From Prorocentrum cordatum (taxonomy: Eukaryota): a stretch of DNA of 53,813 nt. A program made the position numbers and the translations under genes. The notes under the pieces were generated by a model, which saw only the letters and a list, made by a program, of their open reading frames with translations, made no database searches and was not told the DNA's origin. Position 1 is the stretch's first letter. Each line of letters begins with the position of its first letter. Below, piece by piece: positions 35,831 to 48,990 of this stretch. The DNA is taken from positions 62,001-115,813 of the forward strand of contig CAUYUJ010000286.1 in NCBI GenBank assembly GCA_963575745.1, read 5' to 3'.

Positions 35831-38800
35831 TCTTAACAAAATCGATCCAAAGTCCTCACATTGTCTCTTTTGGTCGGGTCGGCCAACTGGGCGCCGGCGG
35901 TAAACCGTCAACCTTCCTTACCGCCGGGGGACTCGTAGAGCTTCCTGAGACTATATAATGTCGAGAAAAATTGCAGAGAACGAATGGTTTCATCCTAAAC
36001 GATTTCAGACCTCTCGATGCAACAGCCAAACGCCCCTCATGCTTCTGGATTGTTTTCTGTGCGCACGAGCTCCGTAGCTCTCCTACAGCCCGAGTTACGT
36101 GCGAAAATCGACAGCACCTCTCAAGATCACTCGAACAATACAAATAGTTTCGCGAATCTAGCTCGAGTATCAGACCGAGTTCAGACATCTGAATGCAACA
36201 GGCGGACGCGCCTGATGTCGCCAAATCGATTCCTGTGATTACCAGCCCTGCAGCCCCCTTACAGCCCGAGTTAAGTGCAGAAAATCGACAGCACCTCTGA
36301 AGAAAACTCGAACAATACGAATAGTTTCGCGGACCTAGCTTGGGCAGCAGGCCGAGTTCAGGGCTATGAATGCGACAGATGGACGCGACTGATGTCTCCC
36401 AATCGATTCCATTGATTACCAACCCTGCAGCCCCCTGCAGAAAATGGACAGGACCTCTCAAGATGACTCGACGAATACGCATAGTTTTGCGAACCTAGCT
36501 CGGGCAGCACACCGAGTTCCGAGCTTTGGATTCGACAGGCGGACGCGGATGATGTCTCCGAATCGATTCCTGTGAGTACGCGCCCTGTGGCCCCCCTACA
36601 GCCCGAGTTAAGTGCAGAAAACTGTCAGCACCGCTCAAGATGACTCGAACAACACGAATAGTTTCGCGGCCCTAGCTCGGGCAGCAGACCGAGTTCAGAC
36701 CTCTAGATGGAACAGACGAACGCGCCTGATGATTCTCAATCGATTTCTGTAAGAATGACCTCTGTAGCTGCCCTACAGCTCGAGTTAAGTACAAAATACC
36801 GACAACGCGTATCAATATGACTCGAAACAGCCAATCCCGCCGCGATGCTTTTTTGCAGAAATATTTACCCGATCGAGCTGAGATTAAGATGGCGAGCGGG
36901 AGTAAGATCGAATATGGTCAGAAAAAATACTAGAGCTCAAACGAATTGTTGAATTTCAAGAACAAAATTTTCAACCGACCAAACTGGGCGCCGGCGGTAA
37001 ACCGTCAACCTTCGTTACCGCCGGGGGACTCGTAGAGCTTCCTGACAACATATAATGTCGAAAAAAATCACACCGAAGAAATTGTTATTCAGCCCAAGCA
37101 ATTTCAGACCTCTCGGATTCAACAGCCGAACGCTTCCGGTGATTCTGGATTGTCTTCTGTACGAACTCTGTAGCTCTCCTTCAGCCCGAGTTACGCGCGT
37201 CAATCATCAGCACCTCCCAAGATGACTCGAACAATACGAATAGTTTGGCAATCTAGCTCGAGTATCGGTGAGTTCAGACCTCTGCATGCGACAGGCGGAC
37301 GCGTCTGATGTCTCTGAATCGATTGTGGCACCCCTGCTACAGCCCGAGTTGAGTGCAGGAAATCGACAGCACCTCTCAGGATGACTCGAACAATACGAAT
37401 AGTTTTGCGAACCTAGTTCGGGCAGCAGAGAAAGTTCTCTGGATTCGGCAGGCGGACGCGCCTGACGTCTCCGAATCGATTCCCGTGAGTACTAGCAATG
37501 CAGCCCCCCTACAGCCCGAGTTAAGTGCAGAGAACCGACAGCATCTCAGAATGACTCGAATAATACGAATAGTTTCGCGATTCTAGATCGGGCAGCAGAC
37601 CGAGTTCAGAGCTCTGGATTCAACAGACAACGACCACTGATGATTCTGAATCAGTTTCTGTACGTATCAGCTGTGTATATGTCCTGTAGCTCGAGTTAAG
37701 TGCAGAAAACCGAGAGTGTATGTCAAGATGACTCGAATAATACGAATAGGTTTGCGGACCTAGCTCGGCTAGCAGACCGAGTTCAGACCTCTGGGTTGAA
37801 CAGGCGAACGCGCCTGATCACTCTGAATCGATTAGCTGTGCTTACCAGCTCTGTAGCTGTCCTGAAGCTCGAGTTATCTTGAGAAAACCGACAGAGCGTC
37901 AAGATGACTCGAAACTGCCGATCCCGCCCGTGTGCTTTTTGGCAGTAAAAGGTACCCGATCGAGCTGAGATCAAGAGGGCGAGCGGGAATAAGATCGAAT
38001 ATCACGGGGAAAAATACTAGAGCTCTAGCGAATTCTTGAATTTCGAAAACAAAATTTTCAACCGACCAAAAGTCACCAAAAGGTCCGTCGAGATTTTTCT
38101 TGCCAACTAGCTCTCCAGCGCCCCGGAATTACTCTAAATCTTCCAGCAATATCTTGCTAAGGGAAGCTCTACGAGTTAAGTCAGCAAAAGGTCCGTCGAG
38201 ATTTTTCTTGCCAACTGGGCGCCGGCGGTAAACCGTCAACCTCTGTTACCGCCGGGGGACTCGTAGAGCTTCCTGACAACATATAATGTCGAAAGAAATT
38301 ACACAGAAAAAATAGTTTTTCAGCCCAGGCAATTTGAGACCTCTCAGATGCAACAGCCGAGCCTCCGATGCTTCTAGATTGTCTTCTATACGAGCTCTGT
38401 AGCTCTCCTACAGCCCGAGTTACGTGCGTAAATCGACAGCACCTCTCAAGATGACTCGAACAATACGAATAGTTTGGCAAACCTAGTTCGAGTATCAGAC
38501 CGAATTCAGACCTCTGCATGCGACAGGCGGATGCGTCTGATGTCTTTGAATCGATCCCTGTGATAACCAGCCCTGCAGCCCCCCCTGCAAGCCGAGTTAA
38601 GTGCAGGAAACCGACAGCACCTCTCAGGATGACTCGAACAATACAAATAGTTTCGCGGACCTAGTTTGGGCAACAGACCGAGTTCCGAGCTCTGGATTCC
38701 GCAGGCGAACGCGCCTGATCCGAATCGATTCCAGTGATTACCAGCCATGCGGCCCCCCATACAGCCCGAGTTAAGTGCAGAGAACCGACAGCATCTCGTA

Positions 38801-39429
38801 AGCGACTCGAACAATACGAATAGTTTCGCGATTCTAGATCGGGCAGCAGACCGAGTTCAGAGCTCAGGATTCAACAGACAACGACCACTGATGATTCTGA
38901 ATCAGTTTCTGTACGTATCAGCTCTATGGCTGCTCTGTAGCTCGAGTTAAGTACAGAAAACCGAGAGCGCCTGTCAAGATGACTCGAATAATACGAATAG
39001 GTTTGCGCACCTAGCTCGGCTAGCAGACTGAATTCAGACCTCTGGCTTCAACAGGCGAACGCGCCTGATCATTCTGAATCGATTAGCTGTGGTTACCAGC
39101 TCTTTAGCTGTCCTGAAGCTCGAGTTATCTTGAGAAAACCGACACCGCGTGACAAGATGACTCGAAACCGCAAATCCCGCCCGTGTGCTTTTTGGCAGTA
39201 AAAGGTACCCGATCGAGCTGAGATCAAGATGGCGACGGAAATAAGATCGAAGATCAAGGGAAAAAATACTAGAAGTCAAACGAATTGTTGAATTCCGATA
39301 ACAAAATTTTCAACCGACCAAAAGTCAGCAAAAGGTCCGTCGAGATTTCCTTGCCAACTAGCTCTCCAGCGCCCTGGAATTACTCTTAAGCTTCCAGCAA
39401 GAACTTGCTAAGGGAAGCTCTACGAGTTA

Positions 39430-42400
39430 ATATTCGCACTTGGTTGCGTCCAAAACCCGGAGAGCAAGGAGGGCACACACCCGAACTGGCGCCGGCGGTG
39501 AACCGTCAACCTGGTCACCGCCGGGACCTCGTAGAGCTTCTTTCACGCGTAAGAGTGCTCAGTGTCGAAAGAGTGCTTCAGGGAAAAATTGATTTTTTCG
39601 TGTCGACATGAAGATGGCTGCTCCAAGTGTTTTGATAGTAAAAGTGCGTCTATAGAGCTCATACTAAGACAGAGAGACCCTCATAGTCGTTTACAGGTGC
39701 GAAAAATCTGCTTTCTCAAAATGAATTGTCAAATATCTTTCAAAACTGGCGCCGGCGGTGAACCGTCAATCTGATCACCGCCGGGAACCTCGTAGAGCTC
39801 ATTTCAGCGTAAGAGTGTTCAGAGTCGAAAGAGAGAGCTTCTGGAAGCATTTCTCGAAAAAGGAAAAAATATGTTTTGTTCGTGTTTCCTCCAAGTGTTT
39901 TGATAGTAAAAAAGCGCCTACAGAGCTCATACTAAGACAGAGAGGCCCTCATAGTCGTTTACAGGTGCGAAAAATCTGCTTTCTCAAAATGAATTGTCAA
40001 ATATCTTTCAAAAAATTGCAAAACTACCCAAAAGTTACCACTTTGTCCTTTCTGGCCGGGTCGACCAATCGGCGCCGGCGGTAAACCGTCAACCTTTGTT
40101 ACCGCCGGGGGACTCGCAGAGCTTCCTGACAACATATAATGTCGAAAAACATCACACCGAGAAAAAAGTTTTTTAGCCCAAGCAATTTCAGACCTCTCGG
40201 ATGCAACAGCCGAACGCCCCCATGCTTCTGGAGCGTCTTCTGCACGAGCTCTGTAGCTCTCCTACAGCCCAAGTTACGTGCGTGAATCGACAGCACCTCT
40301 GAAGATGACTCGAAAAATACGAATAGTTTGGCAAACCTAGCTCGAGTATCAGACGGAGTTCAGCCCTCTGCATGCGACAGGCGGACGCGTCTGATGTCTC
40401 TGAATCGATTCCTGTGCCCTGCAGCCCCCCCCACAGCCCGAGTTAAGTGCAGGAAACCGACAGCACCTCTCAGGATGACTCGAACAATACAAACAGCTTC
40501 GGGGACCTAGTTCGGGCAGCAGACAGATTTCGGAGCTCTCGATTCGAAAGGCAGACGCGCCTGATTGCTCCAAATCGATTCCAGTGATTACCAGCCATGC
40601 AGCCCCCTTGAAGTTGAGTGCAGAGAACCGACAGCATCTCTCAAGATGACTCGAACAATACGAATAGTTTCGTGATGCTAGATCGGGCAGCAGACCGAGT
40701 TCAGAGCTCTGGATTCGACAGACAACGGCACTGATGATTCTGAATCAGATTCTGTATGTATCAGCTCTGTAGCTGTCCTGTAGCTCGAGTTAAGTACAGA
40801 AACCCAAGAGCGTCTGTCAAGATGACTCGAATAATACGAATAGGTTTGCGGACCTAGCTCAGCTAGCAGACCGAGTTCAGACCTCTTGGTGCAACAGGCG
40901 AACGCGCCTGATCATTCTGAATCGATTAGCTGTGCTTACCAGCTCTGTAGCTGTCCTGAAGCTAGATTTATCTTGAGAAAACCAACATTGCCTGTCAAGA
41001 TGACCCGAAACGGCCGATCCCGCCTGCCTGCTTTTTGGCAGTAAAAGCTACCCGATCGAGCTGAGATCAAGATGGCGAGCGGGAATAAGATCTAATAACA
41101 TGGGAAAAAATACTAGAGCTCTAACGAATGTTCAAATTTTGAGAACGAAATTTTCAACCGATCAAAAGTCACCAATAGGTCCGTCGAGATTTTTCTTGCC
41201 AACTAGCTCTCCAGCGCCCCAGAACTGGGAACCGGCGGCGAACCGTCAACCTGGCTACCGCCGAGAACCTCGTAGAGCTCTTTTCATGCACGGCGATCGT
41301 CGGAGCACATGAAGAAAGCTTCTGGAACGCGACAGAAAAAACTCGAGAAATTACGTTTTTTATGTATCCAACGTCGGTTCCTGCAAGTCTTTTGATAGTA
41401 ATATTGCAGCTACGGACCTGAAAATTTTACTGGAAGACGCGGCATAACCCACTACACGTGAGAAAAATACCGGCTCTCAAAATGAATTGTCAAATATCTT
41501 TCGAACTTGGTAGCGTCCAAAACCCGAAGAGCGAAGAGACCCTTTGGGGACGGGAAATCTTTCCTGGAGAGCTCAGCGCTTCCGAAGCGCTGGCAGAAAC
41601 GCTTCCATGCGTGCCTGCACGCGTGCAGGCACGCGTGGAAGCTTGGCGGAAGCTCTCCCGGACACGTTGCCGGCTCGAACGAACCGCCCCGAGGATTCTG
41701 GAGCGACGGAAAAGAGCTCCTGGCGGACACCACCACCGTCCGGCTTCTAATCTTAAACCCTTTAGCTCTCAGCGAGCTCTCCGGGAATCTTAACAAAACC
41801 GATCCAAAGTCATCACATTGTCTCTTTTGGTCGGGTCGGCCAACTGGGCGCCGGCGGTAAACCGTCAACCTTCCTTACCGCCGGGGGACTCGTAGAGCTT
41901 CCTGAGCATATTTAATGTCGAGAAAAATTGCAGAGAACGAATGGTTTCATCCTAAACGATTACAGACCTCTCGATGCAACAGCCAAACGCCCCTCATGCT
42001 TCTGGATTGTTTTCTGTGCGCACGAGCTCCGTAGCTCTCCTACAGCCCGAGTTACGTGCGAAAATCGACAGCACCTCTCAAGATCACTCGAAAAATACAA
42101 ATAGTTTCGCGAATCTAGCTCGAGTATCAGACCGAGTTCAGACATCTGAATGCAACAGGCGGACGCGCCTGATGTCGCCAAATCGATTCCTGTGATTACC
42201 AGCCCTGCAGCCCCCTTACAGCCCGAGTTAAGTGCAGAAAATCGACAGCACCTCTGAAGATGACTCGAACAATACGAATAGTTTCGCGGATCTAGCTCGG
42301 GCAGCAGGCCGAGTTCAGGGCTCTGAATGCGACAGGTGGACGCGACTGATGTCTCAGAATCGATTCCAGTGATTACCAGCCCTGCAGCCCCCTTACAGCT

Positions 42401-45400
42401 CGAGTTAAGTGCAGAAAACGGACAGCACCTCTCAAGATGACTCGACGAATACGAATAGTTTTGCGAACCTAGCTCGGGCAGCACACCGAGTTCCGAGCTC
42501 TGGATTCGGCAGGCGGACGCGCCTGATGTCTCCGAATCGATTCCTGTGAGCACGAGCCCTGTAGCCCCCCTACAGCCCGAGTTAAGTGCAGAAAACTGTC
42601 AGCACCTCTCAAGATGACTCGAACAACACGAATAGTTTCGCGAACCTAGCTCGGGCAGCAGACCGAGTTCAGACCTCTAGATGGAACAGACGAACGCGCC
42701 TGATGATTCGCAATCGATTTCTGTGAGAATGAGCTCTGTAGCTGCCCTACAGCTCGAGTTAAATACAAAATATTGACAACGCGTATCAAGATGACTCGAA
42801 ACAGCCGATCCCGCCGCGATGCTTTTTTGCAGAAATATTTACCCGATCGAGCTGAGATTAAGATGGCGAGCGGGAGTAAGATCGAATATGATCAGAAAAA
42901 ATACTAGAGCTCAAACGAATTGTTGAATTTCGAGAACAAAATTTTCAACCGACCAAACTGGGCGCTGGCGGTAAACCGTCAACCTTCGTTGCCGCCGGGG
43001 GACTCGTAGAGCTTCCTGACAACATATAATGTCGAAAAAAATCACACAGAAGAAATTGTTACTCAGCCCAAGCAATTTCAAACCTCTCGGATTCAACAGC
43101 CGAACGCTTCCGGTGCTTCTGGATTGTCTTCTTTACGAGCTCTGTAGCTCTCCTTCAGCCCGAAATACGCGCGTCAACCATCAGCATCTCTCAAGATGAC
43201 TCGAACAATACGAATACTTTGGCAAACCTAGCTCGAGTATCGGACTGAGTTCAGACCTCTGCATGCGACAGGCGGACGCGTCTGATGTCTCTGAATCGAT
43301 TGTGATTACCAGCCCTGCACCCCCCGCTACAGCCCGAGTTGAGTGCAGGAAATCGACAGCCACCTCTCAGGATGACTCGAAACAATACGAATAGTTGCGA
43401 ACCTAGTCGGCAGCAGAGAGAGTTTCTCTGGATTCGGCAGGCGACGCGCGGACGTCTCGAATCGATTCCGTGAGTACTAGCCAAATGCGCCCCTTACAGA
43501 CCGAGTTAGTGAGAGAACCGCCAGCATCTCAGAATTAATTTCGAGCTCGAATAATACGAATTAGTTTCGAGATTCTAGACGGGCAGCAGACCGAGAGTTC
43601 AGGAGCTCTGGGATTGCATAACAACGGCCACTGATGAATTAAGAATCAGTATTTCTGTACTATCAGCTGTGTATATGTCCTGTAGCTCGAGTTTTAGTGC
43701 AGAAAAACCGAGAGTGCATGTAAAGATGACTCAAATAATACGAATAGGTTTGAGGGACCTAGCTCGCTAGCAGACCGAGTTCAGACCTCTGGATTCAACA
43801 GGCAAACGCGCCTGATCATTCTGAATCGATTAGCTGTGCTTACCAGCTCTGTAGCTGTCCTGTATCTCGAGTTAAGTCCAATATACCGACAGCGCGTGTC
43901 AAGATGACTCGAAACTGCCGATCCCGCCCGTGTGCTTTTTGGCAGTAAAAGGTACCCGATCGAGCTGAGATCAAGATGGCGAGCGGGAATAAGATCGAAT
44001 ATCACGGGAAAAAATACTAGAGCTCAAACGAATTGTTGAATTTCGAGAACAAAATTTTCAACCGACCAAAAGTCAGCAAAAGGTCCGTCGAGGTTTGTCT
44101 TGCCAACTAGCTCTCCAGCGCGCCGGAATTTTACTCTTAAGCTTCCAGCAACTAGCTAAGGGAAGCTCTACGAGTTAAGTCAGCAAAAGGTCCGTCGAGA
44201 TTTTCCTTGCCAACTGGGCGCCGGGGTAAACCGTCAACCGTTGTTACCGCGGGGGACTCGTAGAGCTTCTTGACAACATTATAATGTTCGAAAGAAATTA
44301 CCACCGAAAAAATAGTTTTTCAGCCAGGCATTTGAGACCTCTAAGATGAGAACAGCGAGCCACCGATGATTCTAGATTGTCTTCTATACGAGCTCTGTAG
44401 CTCTCCTACAGCCCGAGTTACGTGCGTAAATCGACAGCACCTCTCAAGATGACTCGAACAATACGAATAGTTTGGCAAACCTAGTTCGAGTATCAGACCG
44501 AATTCAGACCTCTGCATGCGACAGGCGGACGCGTCTGAAGTCTTTGAATCGATCCCTGTGATAACCAGCCCTGCAGCACCCCCTGCAAGCCGAGTTAAGT
44601 GCAGGAAACCGACAGCACCTCTCAGGATGACTCGAACAATACAAATAGTTTCGCGGACCTAGTTTGGGCAACAGACCGAGTTCCGAGCTCTGGATTCCGC
44701 AGGCGAACGCGCCTGATCCGAATCGATTCCAGTGATTACCAGCCATGCGGCCCCCCTACAGCCCGAGTTAAGTGCAGAGAACGGACAGCATCTCGTAAGC
44801 GACTCGAACAATACGAATAGTTTCGCGATTCTAGATCGGGCAGCAGACCCAGTTCAGAGCTCAGGATTCAACAGACAACGACCACTGATGATTCTGAATC
44901 AGTTTCTGTACGTATCAGCTCTATGGCTGCTCTGTAGCTCGAGTTAAGTACAGAAAACCGAGAGCGCCTGTCAAGATGACTCGAATAATACGAATAGGTT
45001 TGCGCACCAAGCTCGGCTAGCAGACTGAATTCAGACCTCTGGCTTCAGCAGGCGAACGCGCCTGATCATTCTGAATCGATTAGCTGTGCTTACCAGCTCT
45101 TTAGCTGTCCTGAAGCTCGAGTTATCTTGAGAAAACCGACACCGCGTGACAAGATGACTCGAAACCGCCGATCCCGCCCGTGCTTTTTGACAGTAAAAGG
45201 TACCCGATCGAGCTGAGATCAAGATGGCGACGGAAATAAGATCGAAGATCACGGGAAAAAATACTAGAAGTCAAACGAATTGTTGAATTCCGAGAACAAA
45301 ATTTTCAACCGACCAAAAGTCAGCAAAAGGTCCGTCGAGATTTTCCTTGCCAACTAGCTCTCCAGCGCCCCGGAATTACTCTGAAGCTTCCAGCAATAGC

Positions 45401-45425
45401 TTGCTAAGGAAAGCTCTACGAGTTA
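39430..45425. repeat. Copy 2 of the ~6 kb tandem duplication (empty LINE site)
   Basis: Starts atattcgcacttggttgcgtccaaaacccggagagcaagg as at 30985; paired ORFs such as 35495..35911 vs 41452..41868. Confidence 0.9.
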
Positions 45426-47817
45426 CTAGCTATCCAGCGCGCCGGAATTACTGGGCGCCGGCGGTAAACCGTCAACCTTTGTTACCGCCAGGGGACTCGT
45501 AGAGCTTCCTGACAACATATAATGTCGAAAAAATTACACGCAAAAATAATTTTTCAGCCCAAGCAATTTCAGACCTCTCGGATGCAACAGCCGAACGCCC
45601 GATGCTTCTGGATTATCTTCTGCACGGGCTCGGTAGCTCTCCTACAGCCCGAGTTACGTGCGTAAATCGACAGCACCTCTCAAGATGACTCGAACAATAC
45701 GAATAGTTTTGCAAACCTAGCTCGAGTATCAGACCGAGTTCAGACCTCTGCATACGACAGGCACACGCGTCTGATGTCTCTGAATCGATTCCTGTGACTT
45801 AGAGCCCTGAAGCCCCCCTACAGCCCGAGTTAAGTGCAGGAAACCGACAGCTCCTCTCAGGATGACTCGAACAATACGAATAGTTTCGCGGACCTAGTTC
45901 GAGTTCGAGCTCTGAAAGCGACAGGCGGACGCGTCTGATGTCTCCCAATCGATTCCAGTGATTACCAGCCATGCAGCCCCCCTACAGCCCAAGTTAAGTG
46001 CAGAGAGCCGACAGCATCTCTCAAGATGACTCGAACAATACGAATAATTTCGCGATTCTAGATCGGGCAGCAAAGCGACTTCAGAGCTCTCGATTCAACA
46101 GACAACGGCCACTGATGATTCTGAATCAGATTCTGTACGCATCAGCTCTGTAGCTGTCCTGTAGCTCGAGTTAAGTACAGAAAACCAAGAGCGTCTGTCA
46201 AGATGGCTCGAATAATACGAATAGGTAGGTTTGCGGACCTAGCTCTCACAGACCGAGTTCAGACCTCTGGGTTCAACGGGCAAACGCGCCTGATCATTCT
46301 GGATCGATTAGCTGTGCTTACCAGCTCTGTAGCTGTCCTGAAGCTCGAGTTATCTTGAAAAACCGTCACCGCGTGACAAGATGACCCGAAACGGGCGATC
46401 CCGCCGCAGTGCTTTTTGGCAGTAAAAGGTACCCGATCGAGCTGAGATCAAGACGGCGAGCGGGAATAAGATCGAATATCACGGGAAAAAATATGAGAGC
46501 TCTAACGAATGGTTGAATTTCGACAACAAAATTTTCAACCGACCAAAAGTCATCAAAATGTCCTCGAGATTTTTCTTGCCAACTAGCTCTCCAGCGCCCT
46601 GGAACTGGGAACCGGCGGTAAACCGTCAACCAGGTTACCGCCGGGCACCTCGTAGAGCTCTTATCTTGCGCAGGGATCTTCGGAACACATGATAGAAGCT
46701 TTTAGAGCGAGAGCCGACAAACTCGAAAGATCACGATTTTTCAATTTTTCTCCACAGTCGTTCCTCCAAGTGTTTGGATAGTAATACTACCGCTAGAGCC
46801 ATAAAAAATGAACAGCAGGTGCGCCATATCTTGCTACAGGGAATGAAAATCTCAGTTCTAAAAACGAACTTCAAAACTGGGCGCCGGCGGTAAACCGTCA
46901 ACATTTCTTACCGCCGGGGGACTCGTAGAGCTGACAACATATAATGTCGAAAGTAATTATACAGAAAAAAATACTTTTGCAGCCCAAACAATTTCAAACA
47001 TCTCGGATGCAACGGCCGAACGCTGTCTAGCTCTCCTACAGCCCGAGTTACGTGCGTAAATCGACAGCATCTCTCGACATAAAGTTGGTTCCGCCAGGTG
47101 TTTTGATTGAAAGGGCATCTAGAGAGCTCATATTAAGACGCAGAGGCCCTCATAACCTTCTACAGGCACGGAAAATCTGCTTTCTCAAAATAAATTGTCA
47201 AATATCTTTCAAAAATACACAAAACCACCCAAAAGTTGTCACATTGTCCGCCTCGGCCGGGTGGGCCAACTAGCTCCACCCCGCGCCGGAATTCCTCTAG
47301 CTCATCGATGCCGAAGAGCTCTACGAGGTATGATGATGTGCGACTTGGCAGCGTCCACATGGTAGCGTCGAAAACCCGGGAGCAAAGGAAAAACGCAAGA
47401 TGACTCGAACAATACGAATAGTTTGGCAAACCTAGCTCGAGAATCAGACCGGGTTCAGACAGGCGGACGCGTCTGAAGTCTCTGAATCGATTCCTGTCAT
47501 TACCAGTCCTGCAGCCCCCCTACAGCCCGAGTTAAGTGCAGGAAACCGACAGCACCTCTCAGGATGACTCGAACAATAACGAATTTATTTCGCGACTAGT
47601 TCGGGATTGGATTCGAAAAGGCGGACACGCGACGGATGTCTGCGGAATCGATTCCAGTGATACCAAGCCATGCAGCCCCATACAGCCCGGAGTAGTTAAG
47701 TGGCAGAGAAACCGACAGCATCTTCGTGATCTCTCAAGATGACCGAACACTCGAACAATTACGAATAGTTTGACGATTCTAGAGATCGCGCAGCAGACCG
47801 TTATTAGAGCTCTGGCC

Positions 47818-48122
47818 AAAATTTTGTATAAATAAAATGATATTAAATATATAAAAAAAATATAACAAATAAAATAATAAATAAGTATAAAATAATATAG
47901 ATAAATAAAATATTATAATACATAATATAAATAAAAAATATATCGATAAAAAAAATAAATAAAGAAAATTAATAATAATAAACAACACAAAAATATTAAA
48001 ATTTAAAATAGTTAAATTACAAAAGTTTATAAATAATATAAGATATATATAATAAAAAAAATTAATAAATTTAAAATTAAAAATAAGATTATAATAATAA
48101 TAAATAAAAGTGAGAAAAAAAA
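47818..48122. other. Extremely AT-rich low-complexity island
   Basis: Almost only A/T inside an otherwise roughly balanced-GC array; upstream sequence is indel-rich. Confidence 0.85.
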
Positions 48123-48717
48123 CCGACCCCAGGTTACCACATTCTCTTAACGTCGGGTCGGCCAACTAGCTCCACCCTGCGCCTGAATTGCTCTTAGCTC
48201 ATTATCGAAGAGCTCTACGAGGTATTACTCTTGAGCTTGCAGCACCCCGCGCCGGAATTCCCCTAGCTCATCAATGCCGAAGAGCTCTACGAGGTATCAC
48301 TCTTAAGCTTCCAGCAACAAAAAAAATGCTAGGGGAAGCTCTCCGAGTTACTTGCTTCACCCCGCGCCGGAATTCCTCTAGCTCATCGATAACGGAGAGC
48401 TCTACGAAGTACTTGGTAGCGTCCGAAACCCGGAGAGCGAAGACACCCTCGGTGACGGGAATCTCTCCTGAAGAGCCCTGGCGGGTTTCCCTGCAGCGCT
48501 GCTGAAGCGCTGCCAGGAACGCTTCCATGCATTTCTGCACGCGTGCAGGCACGCTTGGATGCTTGCCGGAAGCTCTGCCGGACACGTTGCCGGGCCGCCG
48601 GAGGCGCTGCGAGGCCTGTGGACCGCCGTGGAAGAGGTCCTGGCGGGCACCACCACTGTGCAGCTTCTAATCTTAAACCCTTTAGCTCTCAGGGAGCTCT
48701 CCGGGAAAGGTCTCTAA

Positions 48718-48990
48718 TACCTCGTAGATCTCTTCGGCATCGATGATCTAAAGGAATTCCGGCGCGGGGTGCAGCTAGTTGGTCAACACGGTGTGGTGAC
48801 CTGGGTCGGTTTTTCGAAGATGGCGAGAGATCTTGAAATTCGTTTTGCAATTTGATTTTTTCATTCTATGCACTGAATCATGGCGCTTCGCATGGTGCAA
48901 TTCTCAGGGCCCTAGCTGCATTATTTCGATTAAAAGGCTAGCGGGAACCACCATTCTGTACGACCGGAAAACGATGTCTTTATGTTTGAA
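48718..48990 (+). mobile_element. Diverged family B element in inverted orientation
   Basis: tacctcgtagatctcttcggcatcgatga..ggaattccggcgcggggtgcagctagttgg is the reverse complement of the B terminus seen at 47264-47329. Confidence 0.8.

Larger units (their letters stand above)
30985..39429. repeat. Copy 1 of a ~6 kb tandem segmental duplication (contains the 2.5 kb LINE-1)
   Basis: Same module order and near-identical sequence as 39430-45425; offsets ~8444 before and ~5957 just after the LINE. Confidence 0.9.

Noticed and set aside
47779..48165. 128-aa hydrophobic F/I/Y/L-rich ORF resembling an organellar membrane protein
   Set aside because: Product of AT-only low complexity; no conserved motif.
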